Shown here: positions 19,401-28,638 of the stretch, piece after piece
Position numbering within the stretch: position 1 is the first letter of the stretch
How the letters are laid out: the number at the start of each line of letters is the position of its first letter
Source of the DNA: a virus
Taxonomy: Duplodnaviria; Caudoviricetes
DNA: 58,447 nt
Virus record (IMG/VR): IMGVR_UViG_3300042934_000463
Location: 1-58,447 of that record
Strand: one strand, 5' to 3'
Notes under the pieces: model-generated
The model's input: only the letters and a program-made list of their open reading frames with translations
Told to the model about the DNA's origin: nothing
Databases searched by the model: none
Program-made: the position numbers and the translations under genes

Positions 19401-20973
19401 TGTTATCCATCTCCTTTTTAGCAAGATCTATTAAAGCTTTTTTAACCTCTTTAAGTACCACAAGGATATTTTCATCCTTTTCTTTAGCAGCTTTCTCAAT
19501 AGCTGTTTGGGTGTTAGAGGTTAGGGCATTTAAGCTACTCATTCCAACAGGAACATTAGCCCAAGGTTCAGTAGAGTTCTCATAATCCTCATTCATAGTT
19601 GAATAGTACTCAGTAAGCATTTGGTTAGGAGTCATTCCTTTACTAGCTACTGAGAACATACGGAATTGATGGTCAGTATTCTCAATGTTAGGACTTTTAA
19701 AATAAGCCTTAACATACTTAAATTCATAAGGGGAAAGTATATTATTAAGAACCCACTCAAGGTATTCTCTTTCTGGCTGAAAAACTTGTTCTTCAGTCTT
19801 TTTGGTAGCCTCCTTAGCAGTAGCTACATTATAGTCCTGGGAATACCCTACATAAATATCTGGTAATAAGAATGATGATTGAGCTTTCTTTCTAGAATTT
19901 TCCAAATAACTTTGGAATAGTTCATCTTTTTGGAGAATCTCAGCTAGTGGCTTAATTTCAACCTCAACTTTATCAGTAACATCTGTTGCAGTTGCAGCTT
20001 CCATTTTCTCAGCCTCTAAGACAAGGAATCCATGTTGGCCCTTTTCTCCTTCAATATCATTCATGTAGGCTTGTAGCTTACTCCAGGAATCATCACTTAA
20101 ACTTCCACCTTTAACAATTATCATAAGTGGGGTATGTCTACCTCTTTTGAAGTAACGCCAATTTAACAGTTCTGCTTCTCTAGCTCCCTGTATAGTTAGC
20201 ATTGGTCCTTCCCATCTAGGAGTTCCATAAACATCAAAATTATTTACAGCTAAGTGGATAATAGCATTAGCTTGTTTTTCTTCAGGTAGATTATCAGTAC
20301 TATATTCTCCTGTAGTAAAGTCTAAGTCTCTAGGATCTCCAAACTCTTTAAAATAAATTTTCTTACTATTCACTATTTGAACAAATCTTCTGAACCTTTT
20401 CTTTCTTTTAAAAGTTTGGTTATTTCTCTTAATTTCATATTCGGTTAATTTAGAATCCTTAGGAAGAATGTACATAGTTTTAGTATCAGGCATATTTAAC
20501 TCTACTGGGTACCCTTGACCATCATTTATTACCTCTATAAAACTATGACCATAGATTTCTCGGTTTTCTACCAAATCCTCAAATAGTGTTTTAGTGGGTA
20601 TGTCTATTGATAACATTTCAATGATATCAGTAAGTTTAGTATATTCAGCTTCCATATCTGGTTTTTCTTTACCCTTACTGTCTAGCTTCTTATACTCATC
20701 CTTATAGTCTACTCCTATACCAAAGCCACAGATATTATTTCTATAGGCTTGAATACATTGGGGAATAATAGTTGATTCTCTAACCATCTGTTCAAGTCTA
20801 TCAACATCATAGGGTTTAGTTAAAGCCTTAGCTCCAGCCACAAGGGAATTGTTAGCTACCTCACTTTCTATGGATATAGGGTTAGTAGCTTTATCAACTT
20901 TACCTTTAATTAACCCAATATTCATTTTCGAGTTTTTATGGATATTGCCTTTCTTCTTTTTTATTGGTTTCAC
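19393..20973 (-). CDS. Portal protein (PBSX XkdE family)
   Basis: QCIQAY..NICGFG, YFKEFGDPR, YGTPRW and YN.ATA motifs; GTG start with RBS. Confidence 0.92.
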   Translation of the reverse strand: MKPIKKKKGNIHKNSKMNIGLIKGKVDKATNPISIESEVANNSLVAGAKALTKPYDVDRLEQMVRESTIIPQCIQAYRNNICGFGIGVDYKDEYKKLDSKGKEKPDMEAEYTKLTDIIEMLSIDIPTKTLFEDLVENREIYGHSFIEVINDGQGYPVELNMPDTKTMYILPKDSKLTEYEIKRNNQTFKRKKRFRRFVQIVNSKKIYFKEFGDPRDLDFTTGEYSTDNLPEEKQANAIIHLAVNNFDVYGTPRWEGPMLTIQGAREAELLNWRYFKRGRHTPLMIIVKGGSLSDDSWSKLQAYMNDIEGEKGQHGFLVLEAEKMEAATATDVTDKVEVEIKPLAEILQKDELFQSYLENSRKKAQSSFLLPDIYVGYSQDYNVATAKEATKKTEEQVFQPEREYLEWVLNNILSPYEFKYVKAYFKSPNIENTDHQFRMFSVASKGMTPNQMLTEYYSTMNEDYENSTEPWANVPVGMSSLNALTSNTQTAIEKAAKEKDENILVVLKEVKKALIDLAKKEMDNNV

Positions 20974-20984
20974 CCCCTTCCTTA

Positions 20985-21040
20985 ATTATACACAATACAC
21001 ATATATAATATAAATATTATATATTGTGTATGTGTATAAT
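20985..21040. promoter_or_regulatory. 56-bp imperfect inverted repeat (candidate operator) between an internal promoter and the portal RBS
   Basis: ATTATACACAATACA...TGTATGTGTATAAT arms; TTGACA on the minus strand at about 21062-21067; twin copy at 31445..31500. Confidence 0.65.
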
Positions 21041-21075
21041 ATATCACACAGGTAAAGGCCCTGTCAATGTTTTTC

Positions 21076-22593
21076 TTATTTATCCCATTGTCTTACCTTC
21101 ATACCCACTGGCATACAAGCCAGGAATAGAGAGTCAGCTCTATCTGGAGATACTAGACCTCTCTTTTTCATTTCATCCTTGGATTCTAATTTTATTTGAC
21201 CCTTAGAATTATGGATAGCATATTTTCTATTAGTAAGTTGTCCAAGAAGATCAGAATCATTTGGTAACTTAATCCCACATGGTATGGATTTCCCTTCTTT
21301 ATCTACTGTGGACAAGGATTCCTTTACTACACTAGCCATAAAAGTGGTGGTGTCATAGTAATTATTATAGGCAATAGATCCTTTAGCTAGGGGTATACCA
21401 AATTTTACAGGAACTACTTTTAACCATTTGAGGTTTTCTTCTTGTTTTATTTCCTTTAATCTATCGGTTACACCTCCACCAAGACCAGTATCATCTACCT
21501 TTACTACTATAGCAGGTGTAGGATATTTTAAATGGAGTTCCTTTGCTAATCTAATAGCTGCTCCAGCAGTCTTCATGGTGTCCTTCCCCCTGTGAGTAAC
21601 TAGAGGAGGTACAATATTATTAATTTTTGGAGTTATAACTGTCTCATCATCCCCAAATCTTGCAACGTCTATGCCAATATCAATGGTAACTGGCTCACCT
21701 TCAAGGTGAATATCATTATTGATACCAGCCATAACCTCTGATAATTGAATATAAACATCATCTTCTTCCAGAGGAAATTCTCCATCAATCAATACTCTTA
21801 CTACATTTGAGTCTTTTCCATATTTCTTTTCCATCATTTCAATATTTTTCTTATCAGTTCTAGCACAATCTCTAGCGGATATCTTAATACATTTAAAATT
21901 ATCCTTCAAAGAATTGTGGGAATCAAAGAAAATACCTGAATTTCTGGTAGGGTTACCTATTAAAATTATCCTATTATCAGGATGGGAACAGGTACCAAGT
22001 AAAGCTTCCAATATATCATCTGATATACCAGGAGCCTCATCACAAACTATCAGCATATTTTCAGCATGGAGACCTAGCATATTCTCTTTTTTGGCAGCTG
22101 TTTTAGCATTACCAAAGGAAGTTCCCTCATGCCCTATTCTATAAATGAAGGTTTTAGTTGTGCTAAGATAATTTTGAGCATATGAACCATTTAACCATTT
22201 AGATATTTCTGGCCATAATACTATATTCAATTGATTGGCAGTTGGAGCAGTAGCTATTACCTTAGGGTGATATCTAAACATCATGTACCATATAATTAAA
22301 CAAGCCAAACAAGCCGTTTTACCAACTCCTTGACCTGCTCTAATACTAATCCTCTTATGAGTCAGAATCGACGTCATAATGTCAATTTGACTGCTATCAG
22401 GATAAAAGCACAAAATGTCTTCAGAAAATCCCACTGGATCATCATAGTACATATCTACCAAATCTTCCCAAGCAATTTCATCTATCTTTTGTTTAGCATA
22501 ACTAATATCCATTTCATTATCTAAAGCATCTGAAACATCTTCAAGAGACATGAGACTTAATGATTTTATTATCTCATCAATAATATTATCCAT
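21076..22593 (-). CDS. terL: Terminase large subunit
   Basis: Walker A AGQGVGKT, Walker B VCDEA, GNPT motif, RNase H-like GIDVARFGDD and SPDRAD. Confidence 0.96.
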   Translation of the reverse strand: MDNIIDEIIKSLSLMSLEDVSDALDNEMDISYAKQKIDEIAWEDLVDMYYDDPVGFSEDILCFYPDSSQIDIMTSILTHKRISIRAGQGVGKTACLACLIIWYMMFRYHPKVIATAPTANQLNIVLWPEISKWLNGSYAQNYLSTTKTFIYRIGHEGTSFGNAKTAAKKENMLGLHAENMLIVCDEAPGISDDILEALLGTCSHPDNRIILIGNPTRNSGIFFDSHNSLKDNFKCIKISARDCARTDKKNIEMMEKKYGKDSNVVRVLIDGEFPLEEDDVYIQLSEVMAGINNDIHLEGEPVTIDIGIDVARFGDDETVITPKINNIVPPLVTHRGKDTMKTAGAAIRLAKELHLKYPTPAIVVKVDDTGLGGGVTDRLKEIKQEENLKWLKVVPVKFGIPLAKGSIAYNNYYDTTTFMASVVKESLSTVDKEGKSIPCGIKLPNDSDLLGQLTNRKYAIHNSKGQIKLESKDEMKKRGLVSPDRADSLFLACMPVGMKVRQWDK

Positions 22594-23404
22594 TCTTCTT
22601 AGCCCCCCTTGCTTCCATCTTTTGCTTCAATAAACCAATATCAGCATTGGCCTTATTAGTATTTCTAGTTTGTTCAATATCCATAAGAACCTTAGCTCTA
22701 GCAAGCTTAAGCTTTTCCTTTTCAAAATCAAATATATAGAATCTTTCCAATCTTTTAAGAGCTTCAAGCTTATCATATAACTTGATTTTGAATCCTCCAT
22801 CCTTAGTTTGTGCTAATTCAGATATAAGCTTACCATCAACTTCAGTGTTGGACCTCATTCTTAATTCATCACCCTTGAATATTACCACATCTGTGATATC
22901 TGCAAAGGCTATATTAGCATATTGTCTAATGATATCTATTGAATCTATAAACAATTCTGTATCTCTGCAACTTTTAATATGTTTTAAAAATGATTGTATT
23001 TTTGGAGTGTTCATTAGATCACAACCTTTTTTATAACAAAAGGCAGATGAATAACCTGCTCTAGCTGCAGCAGTAGTTGCATTGAATGTCTTGAGGTAGT
23101 GAAAACAGAATAGTCTCTCTTCCTCACTTAAATCAAATTGATCGGCATCTTCTGAAATAGCTTTCTTGGTTTCTTCTGACAATGTGACTTTATCACCTTT
23201 CTCTTCTACTATAAGATCCTTCCAATTCTCTTCCTTCATCCATTTTCTTACATAGGATTGAGGAACTCTAGCTACTCGGGCCAGTACCTTAACAGATACA
23301 GCTCCTAGCTCATCAATGAATTTCTTCTTAGCAGCTTCTTTTAAAGCCATCAGTTGTTTCTGGGTGTAACCTTTCACATCTTCGTCATATTTTATATTTC
23401 CCAC
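22586..23404 (-). CDS. terS: Terminase small subunit
   Basis: N-terminal HTH (VRKWMKEENW), FNATTAAARAGYS, IAFADITD and KIKLYDKLEAL. Confidence 0.9.
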   Translation of the reverse strand: MGNIKYDEDVKGYTQKQLMALKEAAKKKFIDELGAVSVKVLARVARVPQSYVRKWMKEENWKDLIVEEKGDKVTLSEETKKAISEDADQFDLSEEERLFCFHYLKTFNATTAAARAGYSSAFCYKKGCDLMNTPKIQSFLKHIKSCRDTELFIDSIDIIRQYANIAFADITDVVIFKGDELRMRSNTEVDGKLISELAQTKDGGFKIKLYDKLEALKRLERFYIFDFEKEKLKLARAKVLMDIEQTRNTNKANADIGLLKQKMEARGAKKNG

Positions 23405-23574
23405 AGTTTATTCATTCACCCCCTTATTAATATAAATGATGTGAAAAAATGTTAGTAAAAATACAAAGTTTAGGAAATTATAATCTAAAAAGGAAAGACC
23501 CCAATATTACAATATGTGTAATACCAAGGCCTTGAGAGATTATAAAATGTATTTTACTACTATTTCATACGTTT

Positions 23575-23604
23575 ATTATACCATACCTGTCCGGGGAAAG
23601 TCAA
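23575..23604 (-). promoter_or_regulatory. sigmaA-like promoter upstream of the packaging/late operon
   Basis: TTGACT-18 bp-TATAAT with extended TG on the minus strand. Confidence 0.6.
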
Positions 23605-23676
23605 AGGGGTAAAATAAAAAACTTTTGACTCAGTATATGACTCAGTAGACTTAGGGTCAAAATAAAAATCTGGGTG

Positions 23677-24342
23677 TTATAACCCAGACTCTTTTAAATC
23701 CTCTTCAGTAATTTTACCTTCTCTTAATAACTTCTCTTTTGCTTGTTTCATATCCTCATCGGATGGAACTATACCTCTCTTATCTATTTCCAATCCTGTG
23801 TATGAATCAATCTTACTTCTATTCATACCATAGCCTATAGTCTTATGCTTTTCTAATTGACCATGCTCAGATTCAAAGTCTTCAAGAGCTTCATTATAAA
23901 ACTCTTTTTCATAGTTGATTCTATCCTTACATTCTGGGGCTTTATTATCCTTCATCATTTGCTTGGCATTTCTATTACCACCATTTTCAGATTTACTACC
24001 TCCACTTCCTCTATGCTTATCTTCCTCATAGCATTCTCTAGCTTCACTGGTAGATCTTAGATCATATATAAATTTAATATGCTCATACTCCTTTTTGAGT
24101 TCTGAGTACATCACATGGTTTTTATCCTTATTATAGATCATGAGATCCTCTAGTTCTTTGATATATAATTCAAAATTAACTATTCTTGATGGGCATCCAG
24201 TTTTATAGGGTTTACTAAATGCAATACAACCAACCCCTAATTTATTTCTTAGACAGTCTTTACATTGTGGAGGCATAGCTATCACTCTACCATCACTCTG
24301 ATTCTTATTTACATTTTTAGCAACCTTAACACTTCTACCCAT
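23677..24342 (-). CDS. Hypothetical protein with an N-terminal Cys cluster
   Basis: 221-aa ORF with RBS; C-x2-C-x8-C-x9-C. Confidence 0.6.
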   Translation of the reverse strand: MGRSVKVAKNVNKNQSDGRVIAMPPQCKDCLRNKLGVGCIAFSKPYKTGCPSRIVNFELYIKELEDLMIYNKDKNHVMYSELKKEYEHIKFIYDLRSTSEARECYEEDKHRGSGGSKSENGGNRNAKQMMKDNKAPECKDRINYEKEFYNEALEDFESEHGQLEKHKTIGYGMNRSKIDSYTGLEIDKRGIVPSDEDMKQAKEKLLREGKITEEDLKESGL

Positions 24343-24343
24343 T

Positions 24344-24790
24344 TTAATACCCCTCTTCCAATTTAGTATACTCTCTGAGTTTTTCTATACTGTGTATTTT
24401 TATAAAATTACTTAAAAATTCTACACCAGATAAATCTCTATAAGGTTCATCATATATAACTTGTTTAATTCCTGCATTTAGAATTAGCTCAGCACATTTT
24501 TTGCATGGGCTATAGGTCACATATAATATACTATTTTCAAGAGCAATCCCTTTTCTTGCTGCAAAGCTTATTGCTGCAGCTTCAGCATGAACAGCTACAC
24601 TACAGGATGGACCAGTACAAGTCTCAGATGTACAATGAGGAACTCCAGCAGGGGCTCCATTATATCCTGTTACTACTATTCTATTATCTACAGTAATTAC
24701 ACACCCTACCTGTTTTCTTAGGCAGGTACTTCTCTTAGCTATTGAATGGGCTATTTCCATATTTAGATCATGTCTCTCAATTCTCTCCAT
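24344..24790 (-). CDS. dCMP deaminase (ComEB-like)
   Basis: RSTC.RKQVG, GYNG.P, HAE and SPCKKC zinc-deaminase motifs. Confidence 0.93.
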   Translation of the reverse strand: MERIERHDLNMEIAHSIAKRSTCLRKQVGCVITVDNRIVVTGYNGAPAGVPHCTSETCTGPSCSVAVHAEAAAISFAARKGIALENSILYVTYSPCKKCAELILNAGIKQVIYDEPYRDLSGVEFLSNFIKIHSIEKLREYTKLEEGY

Positions 24791-24794
24791 ATTA

Positions 24795-24908
24795 TTACCT
24801 CCTTATTAATGCCTTAATGGTTGATACAATTACAAGTAAACTCATCATGAAAAAGAATATTGCAAGGAACCCAGCGAAGGCCCACCTTACTATTTGTATA
24901 GGATCCAT
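24795..24908 (-). CDS. Small membrane peptide (37 aa)
   Basis: Hand-translated MDPIQIVRWAFAGFLAIFFFMMSLLVIVSTIKALIRR; GGAGGTG RBS; fills the gap between genes. Confidence 0.6.
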   Translation of the reverse strand: MDPIQIVRWAFAGFLAIFFFMMSLLVIVSTIKALIRR

Positions 24909-24919
24909 ATTATCACCTC

Positions 24920-25348
24920 CTAAAATGGTATATCATCATTATTAACATAAGCTAGAGTTTTGTTAAAGCTCTTCTCAATAGGTTTTTCTTGGGGTTTATG
25001 GGGGAATAACTTTCTGTATTCCTTTTTAGTTAATGCTTGACTTAATCTAAACTCCCATGACTTAATTAAAAGCTTTTGACCACATACATACTTGAATCTT
25101 CTAGATATGGGTTTCAAAGCTTTTAATGCAGATTGCTCAGTTGGATTTTTTATTGAGCCCACTACTAACAATCCAGTTTTCCTATCAGTTACACAATAAG
25201 ATCCTTTATTGATTGACTCATGTATAATCAGTTCTCTTCCTTGGTAATCAAATTTATGCAGGACCTTCACTAGTTTTTTGAATATCTTAATTCTGTTACT
25301 AGGTTTATCAAAGTTCCTACAGTGAACATAAGTATATTCTTTCATCAT
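24920..25348 (-). CDS. Basic hypothetical protein ending in an SSB-tail-like DDIPF
   Basis: GGAGGTG RBS, own TTGACT-17-TATAAT promoter; C-terminus NNDDIPF. Confidence 0.7.
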   Translation of the reverse strand: MMKEYTYVHCRNFDKPSNRIKIFKKLVKVLHKFDYQGRELIIHESINKGSYCVTDRKTGLLVVGSIKNPTEQSALKALKPISRRFKYVCGQKLLIKSWEFRLSQALTKKEYRKLFPHKPQEKPIEKSFNKTLAYVNNDDIPF

Positions 25349-25523
25349 TCACCTCCAGATCAGGGGTATGGGGTGAAGGGAGGGTACAAGACATAGCTAT
25401 TATTTTGTATCTGTGGTTACACCATAGTTATATCAGCCCTTCACCTTAATTAAATTATACCATATTATAGTTTATAAGTCAAAAGAAACCTAAAATAAAA
25501 AAGGCCATTTCTGGCCCTATGGA

Positions 25524-25742
25524 CTATTTTGAATATATACCTAATAACATTCTAGCCATTAAATTAGCCACATATTCATCATGTATTATATCATTAGCTT
25601 CTTCTACTGATTGTATATAATCTACCCAATCTCCTTGTCCATAATTTTTAAGTTCTAACCTTTCTTCTTCTGAAAATTGTATATCTATTGACCCCTTTAC
25701 CATTTCAAATAACTCATTATATCTTTCCATCCAGTTTCCCAT
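25524..25742 (-). CDS. Small acidic early protein
   Basis: Own TTGAGA-17-TATAAT promoter (25786..25814) and AAGGAGAGA RBS. Confidence 0.75.
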   Translation of the reverse strand: MGNWMERYNELFEMVKGSIDIQFSEEERLELKNYGQGDWVDYIQSVEEANDIIHDEYVANLMARMLLGIYSK

Positions 25743-25851
25743 TTTAATATCTCTCCTTCAAATAATTAATTTTGATTACAATATTATTATACCAGATGTC
25801 TGGGTATATCTCAATGGGTAAACTAAAGAAAAAGGAGATATTTCTATCCCC

Positions 25852-26064
25852 CTATTGAATCATTATGCCTATTATATTATTTTCCTTTAGCTGTTCATCA
25901 ATGTCTCCATATTTATCTTTGTAGTCACCATACAGTCCCATATCAGGGGTCCATCCTATTCCTACCTCATCTCCCACAATATCTGTGAATCTTATCATAT
26001 AACTGAGCTTTTCTTGGTTGAGTAAATTCAGAGCCAAGTCCAATTTGGTTAATCTCTTTGCCAT
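25852..26064 (-). CDS. Small early protein
   Basis: Start reassigned to ATG 26064 (MAKRLTK) behind AAAGGAGAG; promoter at 26098..26126. Confidence 0.72.
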   Translation of the reverse strand: MAKRLTKLDLALNLLNQEKLSYMIRFTDIVGDEVGIGWTPDMGLYGDYKDKYGDIDEQLKENNIIGIMIQ

Positions 26065-26128
26065 GTCTAACTCTCCTTTACAATATATGTTAATTCTATT
26101 ATAAGCCATTCATAGGGGAATCTCAATA

Positions 26129-26593
26129 TTATTTGTTTAATAATTCTTTGATTGCTTCAACTTCTTCAGGTGTAAATCTCCAGCCTGATTCTGGTTTACC
26201 CATTTTGTTTCTTAGGATTCTTCTAGCTTTTTTATCTGTCATGTTTTCAATTTCTTTACAAATTTGTGTTAATGATATTTTGCCATCCTCAACCTTTTCA
26301 GTTTTAGGTGTTCTTGGTTTTCTTTCTGATTTAGGTTTAGCTTCTTCTTGTTTAGGTTCTTCCTTAGGTTGTTCATCAACTTTATTGATAGTTTCCACAA
26401 TAGTAGTGATTTGTTCTAATACAGTTGTTAGATCCTTCATGTTAGTATCTTGGAATTTCCATTCCTTTGCAGACTTCCAATTCATTAAAAAGATGTTTTG
26501 TTCCTTTGTGATTGATTCAACTTGTTTTAATGATAGTTCTCCTACCTTTGATAATTCACCTTTGATTGTTGATATCATTTCCTTCTTATTCAT
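26129..26593 (-). CDS. Putative DNA-binding protein, 'ARRILR..W' HTH-like family
   Basis: C-term ISLTQICKEI...KKARRILRNKM...WRF; promoter at 26637..26665. Confidence 0.7.
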   Translation of the reverse strand: MNKKEMISTIKGELSKVGELSLKQVESITKEQNIFLMNWKSAKEWKFQDTNMKDLTTVLEQITTIVETINKVDEQPKEEPKQEEAKPKSERKPRTPKTEKVEDGKISLTQICKEIENMTDKKARRILRNKMGKPESGWRFTPEEVEAIKELLNK

Positions 26594-26743
26594 AATATAA
26601 TCTCTCCTTCTTATTTATCAGTTATTTGTTAATATAATTATACCACCAGAGGGGGGATATCTCAATAGGGTTTCGAGAAGTTTTTAGGGTTTTTCTAAAT
26701 ATATTTTGACAATGAAAAAGGAACCTTTTCAGGTTCCAAATTC

Positions 26744-26986
26744 TTATTCTTCATCAACAAATATTTCAGGGTAATTATCTGTTAGCATTTCAATAGTTCC
26801 TCCATCAAGTTCAAATTCAGTAATGTCAGATCCTTTAGCATCCATTTCTTCAATGATAGCATATTCTGGAAAATCTTCCTGTTCCATTTCATCATCTTCT
26901 TCCATATCATCATTGATTACCTGTTGCATAAAATCCTTTAATTCCTCACCTTTTAATTTTGAATCTTCTCTTAATCTTAATATCAT
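26744..26986 (-). CDS. Very acidic small early protein
   Basis: 80 aa, D/E-rich; CTGACA-17-TATAAT promoter at 27024..27052. Confidence 0.75.
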   Translation of the reverse strand: MILRLREDSKLKGEELKDFMQQVINDDMEEDDEMEQEDFPEYAIIEEMDAKGSDITEFELDGGTIEMLTDNYPEIFVDEE

Positions 26987-27080
26987 TTTAACATCTCTCC
27001 TTTTTGTTTTTGTTTACAATATAATTATACCAGACTATGGTGGTGTTGTCAGGGGTTTTCTAAAAGAAAAAGAAGCCATA

Positions 27081-27470
27081 TTAGCTTCTTCTTATATCAT
27101 GACCCTTACCTTTTAAATTATCCAAACATTCCTGCATATAGTCCTCATTATGCTCAGGATATATTAAACCAGGAGCAGTATAGTATTCAGCTGTCCAATA
27201 GTCACTAGCCTGTTCACAACCTAGGATCTTACCTCTATAATGTATATTCTTCCATTTAGGATCTACCTCCATTAGGTTCTGTCTCTCAAGCTCATCAATA
27301 AGTCTTAAATGGTAGGCTACTAACATCTCCATGGGGTGTGTAAATACATAATCAACAGTCTTATGTTTTCTCCCCCATCCTTTACCTCTAAGAGCACAAC
27401 ATTCTCTATGTTGACCTCTCAACTGCATAACAGGAAGATCCTTTAATAATGCTTCATGCCATAATCTCAT
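27081..27470 (-). CDS. Pyrimidine-dimer DNA glycosylase / T4 endonuclease V-like protein (TIGR02328 type)
   Basis: MRLWH...LP..QLRGQHRECCALRGKGWGRKHKTVDYVF and IYPEHN..Y..EC..NL. Confidence 0.85.
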   Translation of the reverse strand: MRLWHEALLKDLPVMQLRGQHRECCALRGKGWGRKHKTVDYVFTHPMEMLVAYHLRLIDELERQNLMEVDPKWKNIHYRGKILGCEQASDYWTAEYYTAPGLIYPEHNEDYMQECLDNLKGKGHDIRRS

Positions 27471-27547
27471 ACATGATACCTCCTAATATATTTATAGTTC
27501 TATTATAAGATATATCTAGTCTGCCCTCAATAGAAAAAAAAGAGAGA

Positions 27548-28171
27548 TTATTCAATCTCCCTTCCTAACCCTTTCCCATCTTGATAGCCTCTTAGGTATA
27601 ATTCTGTATTACCTGCACCTTTATGCTTGATAGCCTTAGTAGATACATTCCATTTAGACATTACATCATGAACCTTTTGAGGTGTCACAACAACTAATCC
27701 CATTTCGGTTACATTTCTTTTAAAGGATTCATCAACACCTAATAAGAATCCCATTACATAGTCTTCCCTGATCCCTTTTGTTGGCCTTCCTGCTTTCTTT
27801 GCTTCTCTGTATACCTGTCTCCTTTTCTTTTCCATGAATTTGTGTATTGACTCAAAGGTCATGATAGCAATTTCCAAATCTTCTTCTAATCCTATGAACT
27901 TAATTGTGGATCCTTCCTTGTAACATTCAACCTTGAAATTCTTAGCCACAATGGTTGCTAACCTTAAATTTCTTGCAGCTGAAGCTCTATCATCAATGAT
28001 GGTTTCAGTATCAACCTTAGCTTCCTTCTTGATCTCAACTTCCTTTGTTGATATATTATTCTGAGCCATTAATTGTTGAGCCTTGTTAAAGAACATTTGA
28101 GCCTCATGCTCATTATTTGTACTTTCTGCTTTAGCTAATAACTTTTGGATTTTCTCTACTAATGGATTCAT
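27548..28171 (-). CDS. DUF2786-like protein
   Basis: KIQKLLAKA...HEA....KAQQLM N-terminus; GYQDG C-terminus. Confidence 0.8.
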   Translation of the reverse strand: MNPLVEKIQKLLAKAESTNNEHEAQMFFNKAQQLMAQNNISTKEVEIKKEAKVDTETIIDDRASAARNLRLATIVAKNFKVECYKEGSTIKFIGLEEDLEIAIMTFESIHKFMEKKRRQVYREAKKAGRPTKGIREDYVMGFLLGVDESFKRNVTEMGLVVVTPQKVHDVMSKWNVSTKAIKHKGAGNTELYLRGYQDGKGLGREIE

Positions 28172-28172
28172 A

Positions 28173-28403
28173 TTATTTATCCCCCTTTAATTTGTATTCA
28201 TCATATATGGCAGTACCCTCATAAGGTAGTTTTTCAAGTTGAGGTAATAGTTTAAGGTAAGTATCAAATCTTACAGATCCTAACCTATCATAATTGTCTT
28301 TGTCAATTATATAAACCTTTCCAGCTATTGTTATATATTGTAGTATGTGTCCTTCCTTTAATAATGAGGATATATCTTTTTTATTTAATACTTTTAAATT
28401 CAT
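28173..28403 (-). CDS. Small early hypothetical protein
   Basis: AAGGAGAGA RBS; promoter at 28442..28470. Confidence 0.7.
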   Translation of the reverse strand: MNLKVLNKKDISSLLKEGHILQYITIAGKVYIIDKDNYDRLGSVRFDTYLKLLPQLEKLPYEGTAIYDEYKLKGDK

Positions 28404-28509
28404 TTTATATCTCTCCTTCAGTGTTTATTGATTATATATTCATTATAAGAGATAGACCCAGAGATCTCAATAGACTTTCGAAAGAAAAGAGAAAAAACTT
28501 CTATGCTAA

Positions 28510-28638
28510 TTTCCATGGGACAGTATTTTCGATCAGGTCGCAGTATTTGACAAGAATTACCATAGATGGAACTCTTTTACATCTTCTCTCTCCCTAAAGC
28601 TTGTCACTACGACTGGCTATTACCCTGAAAACTGGAAA
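28510..28638. other. Long imperfect hairpin in a divergent intergenic region (candidate ncRNA or cis element)
   Basis: Nested pairings GTCGCAGT/ACTACGAC, TGACAAG/CTTGTCA, AGATG/CATCT and outer TTTCCA/TGGAAA. Confidence 0.4.

Noticed and set aside
180-22524. Plus-strand ORFs inside the structural module (e.g. 180..482, 9031..9276, 14715..15143, 17266..17520)
   Set aside because: Antisense shadows of well-supported minus-strand genes, with no RBS or recognisable motifs
25368-25445. tRNA gene (stem followed by CCA on the minus strand)
   Set aside because: No T-arm GTTC or D-arm consensus; kept only as a structured leader
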